Shown one piece after another: positions 36,903 through 47,257 of a DNA stretch of 64,000 bases. The translations under genes and the position numbers were made by a program. Within the stretch, counting starts at the first letter, position 1; every line of letters begins with the position of its first letter. The notes under the pieces are model-generated. The model was not told the origin of the DNA and did no database searches. It saw nothing but the letters and a program-made list of their open reading frames with translations. Location: the NCBI GenBank assembly GCA_963667035.1, contig OY762964.1:3008001-3072000 (forward strand), written 5' to 3'. This stretch comes from Candidatus Cloacimonadales bacterium (GTDB lineage Bacteria > Cloacimonadota > Cloacimonadia > Cloacimonadales > JAFGVF01).

Positions 36903-38660
36903 ATGAAGAAAACAATTCTAATATTGTTTGTTTTAACTATTACCGTTTTACTCTCAGCAACTACCAGAGACGTAATGACTCTCTCTAATCACGGGGCTTC
37001 GATTTCTAACTATTGGAATGCTCCTAATCAATATGGCGATATTGATCAAGGTGTACAGTACACTGCCGTGGCAGATTGTACTTTGGAAACATGGCAGCTA
37101 TTGTTATACAATATAGTAGGAACTCCTCCCTCAATTGTTGTACATGTATACGGAGATAATGGTGGCTATCCGGGGGTTGAGCTAGGCTCTTTGACTGTCC
37201 CAACATCCGGTTTGGTTACTTATTCATCTGGCTGGAATAATATCGATTTAAGTAGTCTTAATATCAGCCTCAATACAGGAGATGTCTTTTATATTACTTA
37301 CACAGTAACAAACGGAGTGTATGGTACTGCAGAGGTACAATGGCTTTCTGATAATGGTACTTATGCTACTACAAGTAAAACATATCAAGGTAATGGAAGC
37401 TCATGGCTAACTATGGGAGAAGGATGGGGTACACCTTATGAAATGTTTGCTAATGCTGTTATAGAGACTACCGGAACTGTAGGTCCTATCTTTGATATTA
37501 ATTTTGAGTCTTATAATTATGGATTAACCGCTATTGGAGGAGGTAAATATGAGATATTTACTATATCCAATACAGGTGGTGGAGCAATGGTTTTGCAGAG
37601 TGTTGGGCTCACAGGTTCTTCTGATTTCAGTGGTTACTGGAATGGAGACGTTCCAACATTCCCTCTCTCTCTTGCAAATGGAGAATCTGTTTCATTAGTA
37701 ATTGATTATTATCCAACAGACGTAGGATCTGACTCCGGTAGTATTGATATTACTTTGGATGATAGAGAAGTTCAGAATATTCCATTAAGCGGCTCAGGCT
37801 ATATCCATAATACATGGGCATCAGCAGGAGCAATGTTCGATCAGTCCCCGGCAGGAAATCAGGGAGATTATGCTTGGTCTATGTCTACATCTGATACTGA
37901 TGCCGGATATCTTAAAGCTGAGAATTTTGCCGGATTAACAGAGCAAATAGGTAGCATTGATTTTTGGGGTGTTAATTTTTATAATGACGGTTCAGGATGG
38001 TCAGAAGTAACTACCGAAAATCCTATGGACTTCCAGATTATATTCTATAATAACGACGCTAATGATCTTCCAGGAACTATTGTCCAAACATATAACCCAA
38101 CTATTTCAAGAGAGACTATAACAGATTCCTTATTTAACAGCTCTGCTGTTTATAAGTATCATTACGAGCTACCTTCACCTATAACTCTAAACGAAGGGTG
38201 GGTGTCAATACAGGGAACAAGCACAGGCACTCCTGATAATGCTTGGTTCTTGTGGTCAACATCTCCTATAGGTGATATAGTAAAGGGTAATTATACTACA
38301 GCATGGGGTTGGGATGCTACAGACTTAGCATTTGCTCTTTATCCTTCAACAGCTATAGATCCACCTCAGGATATCACGATTACAATGAATGGTCAGTATC
38401 CTGAAATCTCTTGGACAGATGCTCCCGGTCTTGTTAATAACATCTACAGAGCTGATACTCCCGGAGGTGCATACAATGTAGTAGGTACAGTAGGTGATGG
38501 TGCAGGCTCTTTCCTTGATACTTCTATTACTCAAGATAAGCATTTCTATCATGTTACTAATAATACAATGGTAAGTCGTAGAATGACAATGACACCTTTA
38601 AGAGCTATTAGAAGAATAGAACCAAGACTTGTTAATCGAGATGAAACTATTACACAATAA
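36903..38660 (+). CDS. Secreted protein with choice-of-anchor D (ASH/Ig-like) domain
   Basis: Signal peptide MKKTILILFVLTITVLLSA; FTISNTGGG...L..GES...YYPT..G...IPLSGSG; partial FN3 at end; no FlgD tail. Confidence 0.75.
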   Translation: MKKTILILFVLTITVLLSATTRDVMTLSNHGASISNYWNAPNQYGDIDQGVQYTAVADCTLETWQLLLYNIVGTPPSIVVHVYGDNGGYPGVELGSLTVPTSGLVTYSSGWNNIDLSSLNISLNTGDVFYITYTVTNGVYGTAEVQWLSDNGTYATTSKTYQGNGSSWLTMGEGWGTPYEMFANAVIETTGTVGPIFDINFESYNYGLTAIGGGKYEIFTISNTGGGAMVLQSVGLTGSSDFSGYWNGDVPTFPLSLANGESVSLVIDYYPTDVGSDSGSIDITLDDREVQNIPLSGSGYIHNTWASAGAMFDQSPAGNQGDYAWSMSTSDTDAGYLKAENFAGLTEQIGSIDFWGVNFYNDGSGWSEVTTENPMDFQIIFYNNDANDLPGTIVQTYNPTISRETITDSLFNSSAVYKYHYELPSPITLNEGWVSIQGTSTGTPDNAWFLWSTSPIGDIVKGNYTTAWGWDATDLAFALYPSTAIDPPQDITITMNGQYPEISWTDAPGLVNNIYRADTPGGAYNVVGTVGDGAGSFLDTSITQDKHFYHVTNNTMVSRRMTMTPLRAIRRIEPRLVNRDETITQ

Positions 38661-38697
38661 ACATTAGGAATACAATAAAGTTTCTTTCGCAATAGTT

Positions 38698-38726
38698 AAA
38701 AACCCGGTGTATATAACCGGGTTTTT
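38698..38726. terminator. Bidirectional intrinsic terminator
   Basis: AAAAACCCGGT / ACCGGGTTTTT between convergent genes. Confidence 0.85.
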
Positions 38727-38755
38727 TATATATGAATAGGGACTATGAAGTTTCG

Positions 38756-40087
38756 CTATTTATCACCCGTATATTTCTTCCATTGATAATCAAATTTACG
38801 GTAACTAAGATTTAACAGCTTAGCAGCTTTCACTTTGTTTCCACCTGCTACTTGCATGGCATTTACAAAGTATTTCCTCCTAATTTCATCTAAGATGTTC
38901 TCCAAATCAAAATCATCATCTTGTACGTCAGCTAATACACCTGAATCATTCTTGCCGGAAAAACTAAAGTGTTCAGGTTTAATCAGGTCATTAGAGAGAA
39001 TAGAAGCTCTCTCTATTTCGTTCTTTAGCTCTCGAATATTACCCGGCCAGTTATGATGCTTAAGAGCATCTAAAGCCATACGTGATACTTTACGGTTCAG
39101 TTTGTTTGCAAAGCATCCAGTTAATAGTGAAATATCTTCAACTCTCTCTCTCAGAGGAGGAATTTCAAGAATAAAGGTCTTTAGCCTATAATACAGGTCT
39201 AATCTGAACAGTCCCTGATTAATCAAATCCTGAGGATTCCTATTGGTTGCAGCAATGATTCTTACGTCTGTCTTTACACTTCGAGAGCTTCCTACTGGAG
39301 TTACTTCTTCTGATTCAAGAACTCTTAGAAGTTTGGCTTGAAAAGCCAGAGGCATATCACTTAGTTCATCAAGGAAAAGAGTACCTCCTTTAGCCTCTTG
39401 AAATTTACCCTTGTTATCCCTGATTGCTCCGGTAAAAGCCCCTTTAACGTGGCCAAAAAACTCTGATTCAAAAAGATTTTCGGATATTGCCGAACAATTA
39501 ACTGCCAATAACGGTTTGTTTCTCCTCTTCGAAAGCACATGAATTGCTTTAACAACTAATTCTTTTCCTGTTCCACTTTCTCCTACTACCAATACTGATG
39601 CTTCTGAAGGAGCAACAACTCTGATTAGACGCTTTACTTCAGCAATCTGAGGAGTATCACCTATAATGTGAGAGCAATAGTCGGATTTATCCAATCTATG
39701 AACAAGCTCAGACACTTTGTCGTGCATCTTTTTTACTTCTTCCGCACCTCTAACCAAGCCTATTAGTTCATCATTATCAAAAGGTTTCTTGATAAAGTTA
39801 TACGCTCCGGTCTGTATTGCCGACACCGCTTTTGATACATCTCCGTTAGCTGTAATTATTATATATTGAGTTCCATAAAGGAGTTTCTTCATCTCAATCA
39901 TTGTCTCAATACCGTTCATTCCTGGTAGGACCAAATCAAGTAGCACAACATCAGGGTTAAATCTGGTAGCTTCCACCAAAGCATCTTCACCTGAGTTGCA
40001 ACTTTGCGTCTCGAAACCTTCATCCTCTAACAAAAGGCAGAGAATTCGGCATATCTTTTTCTCGTCATCAACTACAAGAATCTTCAT
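38756..40087 (-). CDS. Sigma-54-dependent response regulator (NtrC family)
   Basis: ILVVDDE..LLD receiver, GESGTGKE, ESEFFGHVKGAFTGA, LFLDE, WPGNIREL, Fis-type HTH; ATG 40087. Confidence 0.95.
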   Translation of the reverse strand: MKILVVDDEKKICRILCLLLEDEGFETQSCNSGEDALVEATRFNPDVVLLDLVLPGMNGIETMIEMKKLLYGTQYIIITANGDVSKAVSAIQTGAYNFIKKPFDNDELIGLVRGAEEVKKMHDKVSELVHRLDKSDYCSHIIGDTPQIAEVKRLIRVVAPSEASVLVVGESGTGKELVVKAIHVLSKRRNKPLLAVNCSAISENLFESEFFGHVKGAFTGAIRDNKGKFQEAKGGTLFLDELSDMPLAFQAKLLRVLESEEVTPVGSSRSVKTDVRIIAATNRNPQDLINQGLFRLDLYYRLKTFILEIPPLRERVEDISLLTGCFANKLNRKVSRMALDALKHHNWPGNIRELKNEIERASILSNDLIKPEHFSFSGKNDSGVLADVQDDDFDLENILDEIRRKYFVNAMQVAGGNKVKAAKLLNLSYRKFDYQWKKYTGDK

Positions 40088-40091
40088 TATT

Positions 40092-41267
40092 CTATTCCTT
40101 AAAATCAATAAGTTTAAATGTGAATCTGGTTCCAACTCCTGGGTTAGATGTTACTCTCAAGTCAGAGTTAAGTTGCTTCAACAATTTCCTACAGAATGCT
40201 AAACCAAGTCCATAACCTCCGCTTTTGGTTGAGAAGAAAGGTTCGAAGGCTCTATTCATAACTTTTTCTGTCATCCCGATACCGTTATCGTTCCATCCGA
40301 TAACAACTCCATCCGCAGTTGGGAGTATATCAATTTCTATTTTAGGATATATAGTTTCCTTCAAAGCGTTTATACTGTTTGATAGCAGGTTACTAAAAAC
40401 TCTCATTAGAGCTGTTTCATTTCCTAATACGGGTCTTTTATCTGTAAGCTTATTCTCAATAGCAAAATCGATTTTTTTCTCTTTCATAAGGTTATCGTTA
40501 AGCCTAACTAATTTATTTAGTAGTTCCGATATATCTATACTTTCAATTTTACTGACAGTAGGATTAGTCATTTCAAGCATTTCGTGAGTAATCTGTCCTA
40601 TCCTATCCACTTCATCAATCAAGTCGTGTGTTAGCTGTAATTCAGTATCGTAAGTAAGTTTTTTTGCTATAAATTGAATACTACTACGAATGGAAGTCAG
40701 AGGATTTTTTATCTCATGTGCTAGGACAGAAACCATTTTTTCCATAATAAAGAGTCTGTTTCGTTCTTTTTCGTCATCGTGTATTTTGTTAAGTATTCTT
40801 ATTCTTCTGGCATTATCATAAGATAAGGAGCACAAGGTGAAGATGCTTTCCATTAAAGGAACAATCCTCTTGTATTTCTTTGTGTCATCCAGTTCTATAA
40901 ATGCGATTGCAAGGAGATGGTTTAAGTTAATCAAAGGAAAGATATGACTGTATGAGAGCAGACCGACCCTATTCAATTCGACTTTAATATAATCCTTGAT
41001 ATTACCGTCTACCGGTAACACGGTTCGGTTTACTTTTAACCAATTTACCAGTTTGGAATCACAACTAAAGGAATAGTTCTCATTATCCTTAAGAGCTGTG
41101 AAATTGTCCATGTTCTCTACCAGAAAGACTATATTGCTAACAGACCAGAGTTCATTAATTTTTCCGGCAGTAACTTCGAGTATCATGTTCTCATCAGCTA
41201 TATTGGAATATGCTCCGATGAATTCATTATAGATTTTCCCGAAATCGTCTCGATTTTTTCTTATCAA
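40092..41267 (-). CDS. Soluble sensor histidine kinase with GAF-like N-terminus
   Basis: LAHEIKNPL, NLLSNS, DNGIG, FEPFFSTK, GYGLGL; no clear TM. Confidence 0.9.
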   Translation of the reverse strand: MIRKNRDDFGKIYNEFIGAYSNIADENMILEVTAGKINELWSVSNIVFLVENMDNFTALKDNENYSFSCDSKLVNWLKVNRTVLPVDGNIKDYIKVELNRVGLLSYSHIFPLINLNHLLAIAFIELDDTKKYKRIVPLMESIFTLCSLSYDNARRIRILNKIHDDEKERNRLFIMEKMVSVLAHEIKNPLTSIRSSIQFIAKKLTYDTELQLTHDLIDEVDRIGQITHEMLEMTNPTVSKIESIDISELLNKLVRLNDNLMKEKKIDFAIENKLTDKRPVLGNETALMRVFSNLLSNSINALKETIYPKIEIDILPTADGVVIGWNDNGIGMTEKVMNRAFEPFFSTKSGGYGLGLAFCRKLLKQLNSDLRVTSNPGVGTRFTFKLIDFKE

Positions 41268-41435
41268 GTTTTCTCCGTAAGTTTAGAAATTTTAAATTAG
41301 ATTATACTCAATTCCACTAATGTCAACTTAAATCCAATTTACTTTGATACTCCTTAATGTGATTTGCTCACTTTTTAATTAAACCAACATTCGAATTCTG
41401 TTCTGTATGATTGTACTTTTACTGCTCCCTTACAA

Positions 41436-41556
41436 TACACGTGACTCACTCGGGAATCTCCCGGGAATCACTCGGGAATCACTCGGGAATCACTCGGGAC
41501 TTTGCCTGAGAAATTCCCGTGTTTGCCCTGACCAAATCCCGGAAAACTCCCGCGAG
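41436..41556. repeat. 11-bp tandem repeat (CACTCGGGAAT) array with degenerate flanking units
   Basis: Units at 41447, 41458, 41469, 41480, 41491 (3 exact, 2 variant) plus about 6 degenerate in-phase units. Confidence 0.85.
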
Positions 41557-41802
41557 TTAAACAGTAGCACTAAGGGTGCTCAAAGATTGAAAACAATGTG
41601 AACCTCTTTTATGGAATCCTCTTGTAATCCTCCTGCCAAATCCATGATGTAAAAGGGAGGTTCCGGAGTTGGACGTGAGAAACTCAAGAGCGGATATGCC
41701 GCTTAATCCGAACACATATAGAACTAATCTTATCCATAAGTTAAAGTTCACATTGTTTATGGAGAGATGAAGTCTTTTTGAAGAAATAATACTTATCACT
41801 TA

Positions 41803-42513
41803 CTAATCATTTCCTTGCATATAATCCAGATATATACGTTCAAGATTTTCGTATTCAAACTCTTTACGAGATAACTGCATAACCAGATTACCATCTTTCA
41901 TGATCCCGATAGTATCGGCTATCTCTTTAGCTTTAAATATGTTGTGAGTGGACATGAGGATTGTTCTGTTTTCATCTCTCATTTTAACTAACAATCTTTG
42001 AAAATCAAAAGCTGCTTTGGGATCAAGCCCTGAGAATGGCTCGTCCAGAATGATGAGATCAGCGTCCTTTGCCATTGCTATCGCAATACCGGTTTTCTGA
42101 CACATGCCCTTTGAATAAGAGCTGACAGGCTTATGTATAAACATTTCTTGTAAACCGATATCTCTTAGAAGATGCTCCAACTCCTTTTTACTCATATCTT
42201 TTCCTGCTAACTCGGAAAAAAACTTAAGGTTTTCATAACCGGTAAACTGTTCGAATAAACGCACATTTTCAGATACATAGGCAATATGGTTTCTCGTTTT
42301 GAGAGGCTCTTTTAAAGCATCAATTCCATTGATAAAGATTTTGCCTGAAGTTGGCGGAATAAATCCACAGATTAAGTTTATTGTTGTAGATTTACCTGCA
42401 CCGTTAGCACCTAGCAGGATATATAACTCTCCCTTTTGAATATCAAGAGAGATGTGATCAAGAGCAAGAGAGTCATCTTCGTATCTTTTAGTTAATTCAT
42501 TTATTTTAAGCAT
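41803..42513 (-). CDS. ABC transporter ATP-binding protein
   Basis: GANGAGKS, YSKGMCQK, ILDEPFSGLDP, MSTH. Confidence 0.95.
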   Translation of the reverse strand: MLKINELTKRYEDDSLALDHISLDIQKGELYILLGANGAGKSTTINLICGFIPPTSGKIFINGIDALKEPLKTRNHIAYVSENVRLFEQFTGYENLKFFSELAGKDMSKKELEHLLRDIGLQEMFIHKPVSSYSKGMCQKTGIAIAMAKDADLIILDEPFSGLDPKAAFDFQRLLVKMRDENRTILMSTHNIFKAKEIADTIGIMKDGNLVMQLSRKEFEYENLERIYLDYMQGND

Positions 42514-42522
42514 GTCGTTCTC

Positions 42523-43932
42523 CTATCTGACATCATACTTTTGCATTTGAATACTTACCCAGATGAAGCCGAGTAGATTTATTAGTAGTATTATTGATAA
42601 TAATGGAGTGATTGTTAGTAGTCTTTCAGTTAAACTGATAGGTGGAAATGAAGTAAGAATGACGTGTTGTTTGTCTGTATATGGCTGACTAGAAAAAGGC
42701 TGATTATTATTACCATCTTGTGAAGCCCATGAATACCACAGATGCAAACTGTTTTCATCATTAGAATCTATCTCCTTTAAAATGTTTTCTACATGATTAC
42801 GATGTTCCGAAAAAGCATTCATCTCTCTATTCAATCTTAAAAGACCTTGTAAAACTATGTTTTGATACATTTTGCTTAACTGGGAATAGGGAGAGAGGAA
42901 TGAAAGTTTCTCTAATTTCTCCAATTGAGAGATATATTGCTTGTTCGTATCTTTGATAACTTCAGCTATTTTCTCATCTGAAGCTTGAACTGCTCCGCTT
43001 CTGTAGCCTTCCCCCAAGTAACTGTTGCCCGATACCTTGTTTGTCATGGTTGCATTATCGTCATACTTATCCGACCATATCTGGAATTCTTCACTCCAAG
43101 CTTGATCCTTAAGATTAGTAACCTCAATGAAAGAAGGAATGGGATTAGTTTTCTTCCCGAAAATCCAAGTTAGATTCGGTATTATAATAATAAAGAGTAA
43201 CCATAATGATAGTGCTATTATAATACCGCTTCTTTCGTTCTTCAAAAGAGATATTCCCAAACCGGCTAAGACAAAGAAACTGATATAAATAAGACTGATA
43301 ATATATATAATAAAGGATATTCCGATATATGCAGGATCAGTAGACTCACCCATCAATACTCTTGTTAGCAAAGAAAGCAGTATACCTAAAAGAAATGTAA
43401 CAGCAAAGAGAATCAGATTGGCTAGATATTTACTAAAGAGTAGATGTTTTCTACCCATTCCGGTGATGAGTTTTAGCTTTAATGTACCTTGCCTCTTTTC
43501 AAGTGAGATGTTATCATAACTGAAAACCAAAGCACAAAAACTGCCTATCATTCCTATTATAAATAACCAGTTCAATTGGAAATAGCTTTTGCCGTGTTTG
43601 AGAAGACTATAAGGGGTGATAGCGTCTACAACAGTAGTAGTAGTAAGCCTGTCCGGTAAACCTCTTTTGTCAACAATCATATTATATTCAGAAGGTTTCT
43701 GTATGTAATGTAAACTATTGCATAGTAGCCTGTCTGCATGCTCTAGGATAGGAGCATAGTTGTCCATCTGAGTCTGGTAATCTCTTTGAAAGTCCGCATT
43801 TAACTTTCGATTTGATAAGGAGGATGATATTGCACTAAGAATGAAAAGTAGTAAGATTATAATGGTAAACACTTTTATCTTGTAATCTCTACTCATCAGC
43901 TTTAAATTGGTAATTAACTCAAGTTTATCCAT
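42523..43932 (-). CDS. ABC-2 type permease with large extracytoplasmic loops
   Basis: SYDNISLEKRQGTLKL...LLFSKY; ends KYDVR. Confidence 0.85.
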   Translation of the reverse strand: MDKLELITNLKLMSRDYKIKVFTIIILLLFILSAISSSLSNRKLNADFQRDYQTQMDNYAPILEHADRLLCNSLHYIQKPSEYNMIVDKRGLPDRLTTTTVVDAITPYSLLKHGKSYFQLNWLFIIGMIGSFCALVFSYDNISLEKRQGTLKLKLITGMGRKHLLFSKYLANLILFAVTFLLGILLSLLTRVLMGESTDPAYIGISFIIYIISLIYISFFVLAGLGISLLKNERSGIIIALSLWLLFIIIIPNLTWIFGKKTNPIPSFIEVTNLKDQAWSEEFQIWSDKYDDNATMTNKVSGNSYLGEGYRSGAVQASDEKIAEVIKDTNKQYISQLEKLEKLSFLSPYSQLSKMYQNIVLQGLLRLNREMNAFSEHRNHVENILKEIDSNDENSLHLWYSWASQDGNNNQPFSSQPYTDKQHVILTSFPPISLTERLLTITPLLSIILLINLLGFIWVSIQMQKYDVR

Positions 43933-43940
43933 AAGACCTA

Positions 43941-45575
43941 CTATCTTAAATCGAATTTTCTAAAGATTCTCTCATTAATAAAGAATAAGAGTAGTGATAG
44001 AACACCGAGAATAACAACATTAATCCAGATTCGGGAGAGTATGACTAATGGATTAAGCCTTCTCTGAACAAAATGAGGAAGATTTTCAGTGTTAATGTGA
44101 TTTTTTTTAGCTTCATTCATATCCCTAACAATTTTTGCATAATAGTCTTCTCTTAGCCAATTAAGCTTCTCCGGAGTTCTGTCCTGTATTTCAGAAACAG
44201 TCCTTTCATTCCATTTTGCAACACCTAACAAACGCTTTCCCTTAGCCTTAACCTCAGGTAGATAACAGTACTCTGTTATTCCTATGATAGTAAATGAAGT
44301 GTCTTGAGAACAGAAATACTCTTTTGTAAAGAGCCACCCGTCTTTCTCTCCTAATGTGATTAGATTATTTCTTAAATCAACAGCATCTTGAAGAAATCTG
44401 ATATAATCAGGAACAGAGTTCATTGCCGTAAGATTAGCAGCATACTTAAACTGCTCTGCAGGAGAAAACCAAAGTAAATAGGGCTGATAGTTTTGGGATT
44501 CATTATCCAGTCTTAACTGTCGCTCTCTTATTTGCTCTCTTTCCTGTATCAAAGGATAGATGTTCTCATGAAAGTATTTGTTAAACCTCAAATGGACATC
44601 ATAAGTCTCTTTAACACCAATAACTGCAACATCCTTTTCAAAACCCATGTTCCAAGCCATATGACCGCATTGCTCAGGATTTATTTCACTTGGTAGGTCA
44701 TCTTTAAAATATGTCTGAGTTCTTAAAAGAGAAGCAAACTTCTCGTTCAATTGTGTGCTGGTTTTTGCATTGTCAAAAATGAATTCTGAAGCAAAATCAT
44801 ATAGTGTCGGAGTTATAATCATTAATATTATCCAGATACTAAGAGAATAAATCAATGAACGTGCGGGATTCTTTGTCACTATGGATGTCATTATTCCCAA
44901 TAATGCAATCACAAATAGGAATAGCATTGTGAGTAAACCATATATAATCATAAACCAGATGAAACCCGAGTCTATTTCCGATGTGTAAGCAATTATTAGG
45001 TAAATTGCACTCAATATATAAGGAACTAGGAATACAATTCCAATAAATAGAAGACTTCCAAGCATCTTTTTCAATATATACTGGCTACGTTTTACCGGAT
45101 AAGTGAATATAATTCTTAATATGCTCTCGTTCTTTTCTCTGTTAATACTGTCAAACGTAATTAGTAATACGAAAAGAGAGAAGAAGAATGTTATCAGAAA
45201 TGAAATATCAAGATTACTGGGCTCTTTAAAAAAGGGATTAGATACTTGGCTCAAGTCGGTAGCGTTTCTGACATAGGTCAAAGGCTCAACTGTTATCACA
45301 CTTCCTCTTTTGTGAGTCTCTCCTTCGTTGAAAATAGAGTAAAGAGTTGGTTTGTTAACTGCAGGTAGATTAATCATACTATAATTGAAAGCATTATCAA
45401 GATCATATATACTACTCGAAATGTCTTCAATATAAGCTTGTACTCGTTTGTTATAATCATCTACTCTTACAATAAATACGGTTGTGTATAGAATGAGGAA
45501 GATGACAATAGACCAAATTACTTTCCTTGATTTGATAAGAGCTTTGATTTCCTGCCTTAGTAGTATTCCTGTCAT
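43941..45575 (-). CDS. ABC-2 type permease with large extracytoplasmic loops (paralog)
   Basis: TFDSINREKNESILR..FTYPVKRSQYILKK; ends KFDLR. Confidence 0.85.
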   Translation of the reverse strand: MTGILLRQEIKALIKSRKVIWSIVIFLILYTTVFIVRVDDYNKRVQAYIEDISSSIYDLDNAFNYSMINLPAVNKPTLYSIFNEGETHKRGSVITVEPLTYVRNATDLSQVSNPFFKEPSNLDISFLITFFFSLFVLLITFDSINREKNESILRIIFTYPVKRSQYILKKMLGSLLFIGIVFLVPYILSAIYLIIAYTSEIDSGFIWFMIIYGLLTMLFLFVIALLGIMTSIVTKNPARSLIYSLSIWIILMIITPTLYDFASEFIFDNAKTSTQLNEKFASLLRTQTYFKDDLPSEINPEQCGHMAWNMGFEKDVAVIGVKETYDVHLRFNKYFHENIYPLIQEREQIRERQLRLDNESQNYQPYLLWFSPAEQFKYAANLTAMNSVPDYIRFLQDAVDLRNNLITLGEKDGWLFTKEYFCSQDTSFTIIGITEYCYLPEVKAKGKRLLGVAKWNERTVSEIQDRTPEKLNWLREDYYAKIVRDMNEAKKNHINTENLPHFVQRRLNPLVILSRIWINVVILGVLSLLLFFINERIFRKFDLR

Positions 45576-45585
45576 AGTAGCTCCC

Positions 45586-47010
45586 TTAGCTTTTTGATAA
45601 TTTAGTTACGCTATATATTACACCAGTGATTATCAGAACAACTGCCAATACTAACAATAGAGTCATCCATGGGTTTGCTCTTTTGGAGACCTCCACTCTT
45701 AACTCTTTGTTAGTTGTACTGATTGCTCTGCTCATGTTCTGACCTTTAGCCGAGAGGGTGACTTGGTAGAGTCCTTTTAATACTCTCTTGTCAGGAATGA
45801 CTTTAAGTCTAAGACTTTGCTCTTTACCGGCTTCTAAAAAAGTGATTTTTTCAGGTATAAGCTTAGTCTCCCATCCTGATGGTAGACTTAAATCAAGACT
45901 AATATTCCTAATCGAGACTTGTCCTGAGTTTTTAAGTTTTATCGGGTATATCTCTAAAGTGTCTTTCTGACTGACAGAGAAATACATATTGTCTAATGAT
46001 AACTCAAGTAGAGTTCTTCCCGATGGAGTTAACTCAAGTGGTAATTCACTAATCACTTGGTTGCTCTCATCGGTGATAATTGTCTTGAAGTTTATTGTTT
46101 TACCTATTTCAATAGTCTCATCAGGTTTTTCCGGAATGATAATGCTAAGTTGATACTGCTGAGAAGGAGTTAGATTGGAAAAGACAGCGGATGAAATACT
46201 AGCTCCGTTAGTTGGGTTAATGAAATGACCCTCAATTCCTTTCGGTAATCCCTCTACTTTGAAGAGGCATTTCATCCTTCTTTCTCCATAATATTCAAGA
46301 GAAATGTTGTAGGAAGCTTTGAATCCAAATTCAACTTCCTGAGAGTACATGTTAGGGGTAAGATTTATCACATTCTCTGTGCCTCTTCTTTTAAGCCAAA
46401 TCCTCTTTGTATCATATTTATCTCCATAATTAGCCGAAACTGTTACCGCTTCGTCGTCTTTAAGAAGTTGAAATGTTATCTTTGTTGTTTTATTACTGGC
46501 AAGTTCACTAATATGTTGTTCATAAGGTTGTGATATAATGTTCCCACTATCATCAGATAAAGATATATATACGTCATGGATTGAGTTAAGAGATAGCCCC
46601 TTCAACTCTGCAGAGTCAATAATCTCTTTCTCCATTTCAATATTGCTATCAGTAGAGTTGCGGAGCTCCATATCGACAAATGTTTCTCCCCTCTCATTCT
46701 GGTACTTCTCCGCTTTAAGTATTGAGAGGTGCGGTTTATCAAACACTACACTTAAAAGGTATTGTTGGAAGTTAAGCTTATCGTTGTTGTATTGGAGCTT
46801 TACATCTTCAAACTCCCTTTCACTGATTAGACCTTTCTCAAACAATTCTTTATAATTTTTATAGTCACTTTCGGAAACCGTTAGTCTTTCCTGTGCTTTC
46901 TTTAAAGCTAGAATCTTAAATCTATCGTCGTTGGGATTATACTCCTGATAAGTAAGCCCCGATAGGATTGAACATATTCCTAATATAATAAACAAAGTTA
47001 TCCGTTTCAT
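45586..47010 (-). CDS. NEW3/COG1470-like exported Ig-domain protein with N-terminal alpha-hairpin and C-terminal TM anchor
   Basis: Signal peptide; ELFEKGLISEREFE hairpin; LKNSG...LSLPSGWE...L.AG.....L.V.P...GLYQV; C-terminal TM. Confidence 0.75.
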   Translation of the reverse strand: MKRITLFIILGICSILSGLTYQEYNPNDDRFKILALKKAQERLTVSESDYKNYKELFEKGLISEREFEDVKLQYNNDKLNFQQYLLSVVFDKPHLSILKAEKYQNERGETFVDMELRNSTDSNIEMEKEIIDSAELKGLSLNSIHDVYISLSDDSGNIISQPYEQHISELASNKTTKITFQLLKDDEAVTVSANYGDKYDTKRIWLKRRGTENVINLTPNMYSQEVEFGFKASYNISLEYYGERRMKCLFKVEGLPKGIEGHFINPTNGASISSAVFSNLTPSQQYQLSIIIPEKPDETIEIGKTINFKTIITDESNQVISELPLELTPSGRTLLELSLDNMYFSVSQKDTLEIYPIKLKNSGQVSIRNISLDLSLPSGWETKLIPEKITFLEAGKEQSLRLKVIPDKRVLKGLYQVTLSAKGQNMSRAISTTNKELRVEVSKRANPWMTLLLVLAVVLIITGVIYSVTKLSKS

Positions 47011-47032
47011 TTAAACCTCTATATTAATGAAT

Positions 47033-47049
47033 AGCAATTGCTGTTCCAA
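47033..47049 (-). promoter_or_regulatory. sigma-54 (-24/-12) promoter
   Basis: Minus strand TTGGAACAGCAATTGCT = GG-N10-GC, about 22 nt upstream of ATG 47010. Confidence 0.75.
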
Positions 47050-47102
47050 ATTGTAATATGCTAATTTATAGTGAGTTGAGTGAAAAAGAAGTTCTGGTGC
47101 TT

Positions 47103-47137
47103 TGACAATTTTGTAAGATAATATACAAGATTGTATA
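47103..47137. promoter_or_regulatory. Tandem enhancer palindromes (putative UAS) ACAA-N2-TTGT
   Basis: TGACAAttTTGTAA (47103-16) and TATACAAgaTTGTATA (47122-37), 20 bp apart. Confidence 0.6.
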
Positions 47138-47208
47138 ATTTATATTGGGAAATAGCTTGTAAGAATGAATTGATAGATATTTGAGATGAGATAAAGATTG
47201 AAATGAAA

Positions 47209-47232
47209 AAGCTATGGAATAAACCATAGCTT
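47209..47232 (-). terminator. Intrinsic terminator of acyl-CoA ligase gene
   Basis: AAGCTATGG / CCATAGCTT stem, U-tract on minus strand. Confidence 0.75.
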
Positions 47233-47257
47233 AGAAAAATAAATAATCTATAAGTTT

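Noticed and set aside
41436..41556. Possible CRISPR array
   Set aside because: Contiguous 11-mers with no spacers; no cas genes
41407..41601. 64-aa ORF across the 11-mer array
   Set aside because: No RBS; the 11-bp period is incompatible with a coding repeat
41557..41799. 80-aa minus ORF after the ABC ATPase
   Set aside because: No recognisable motif or convincing RBS; may be a decayed remnant, unresolved without tBLASTn
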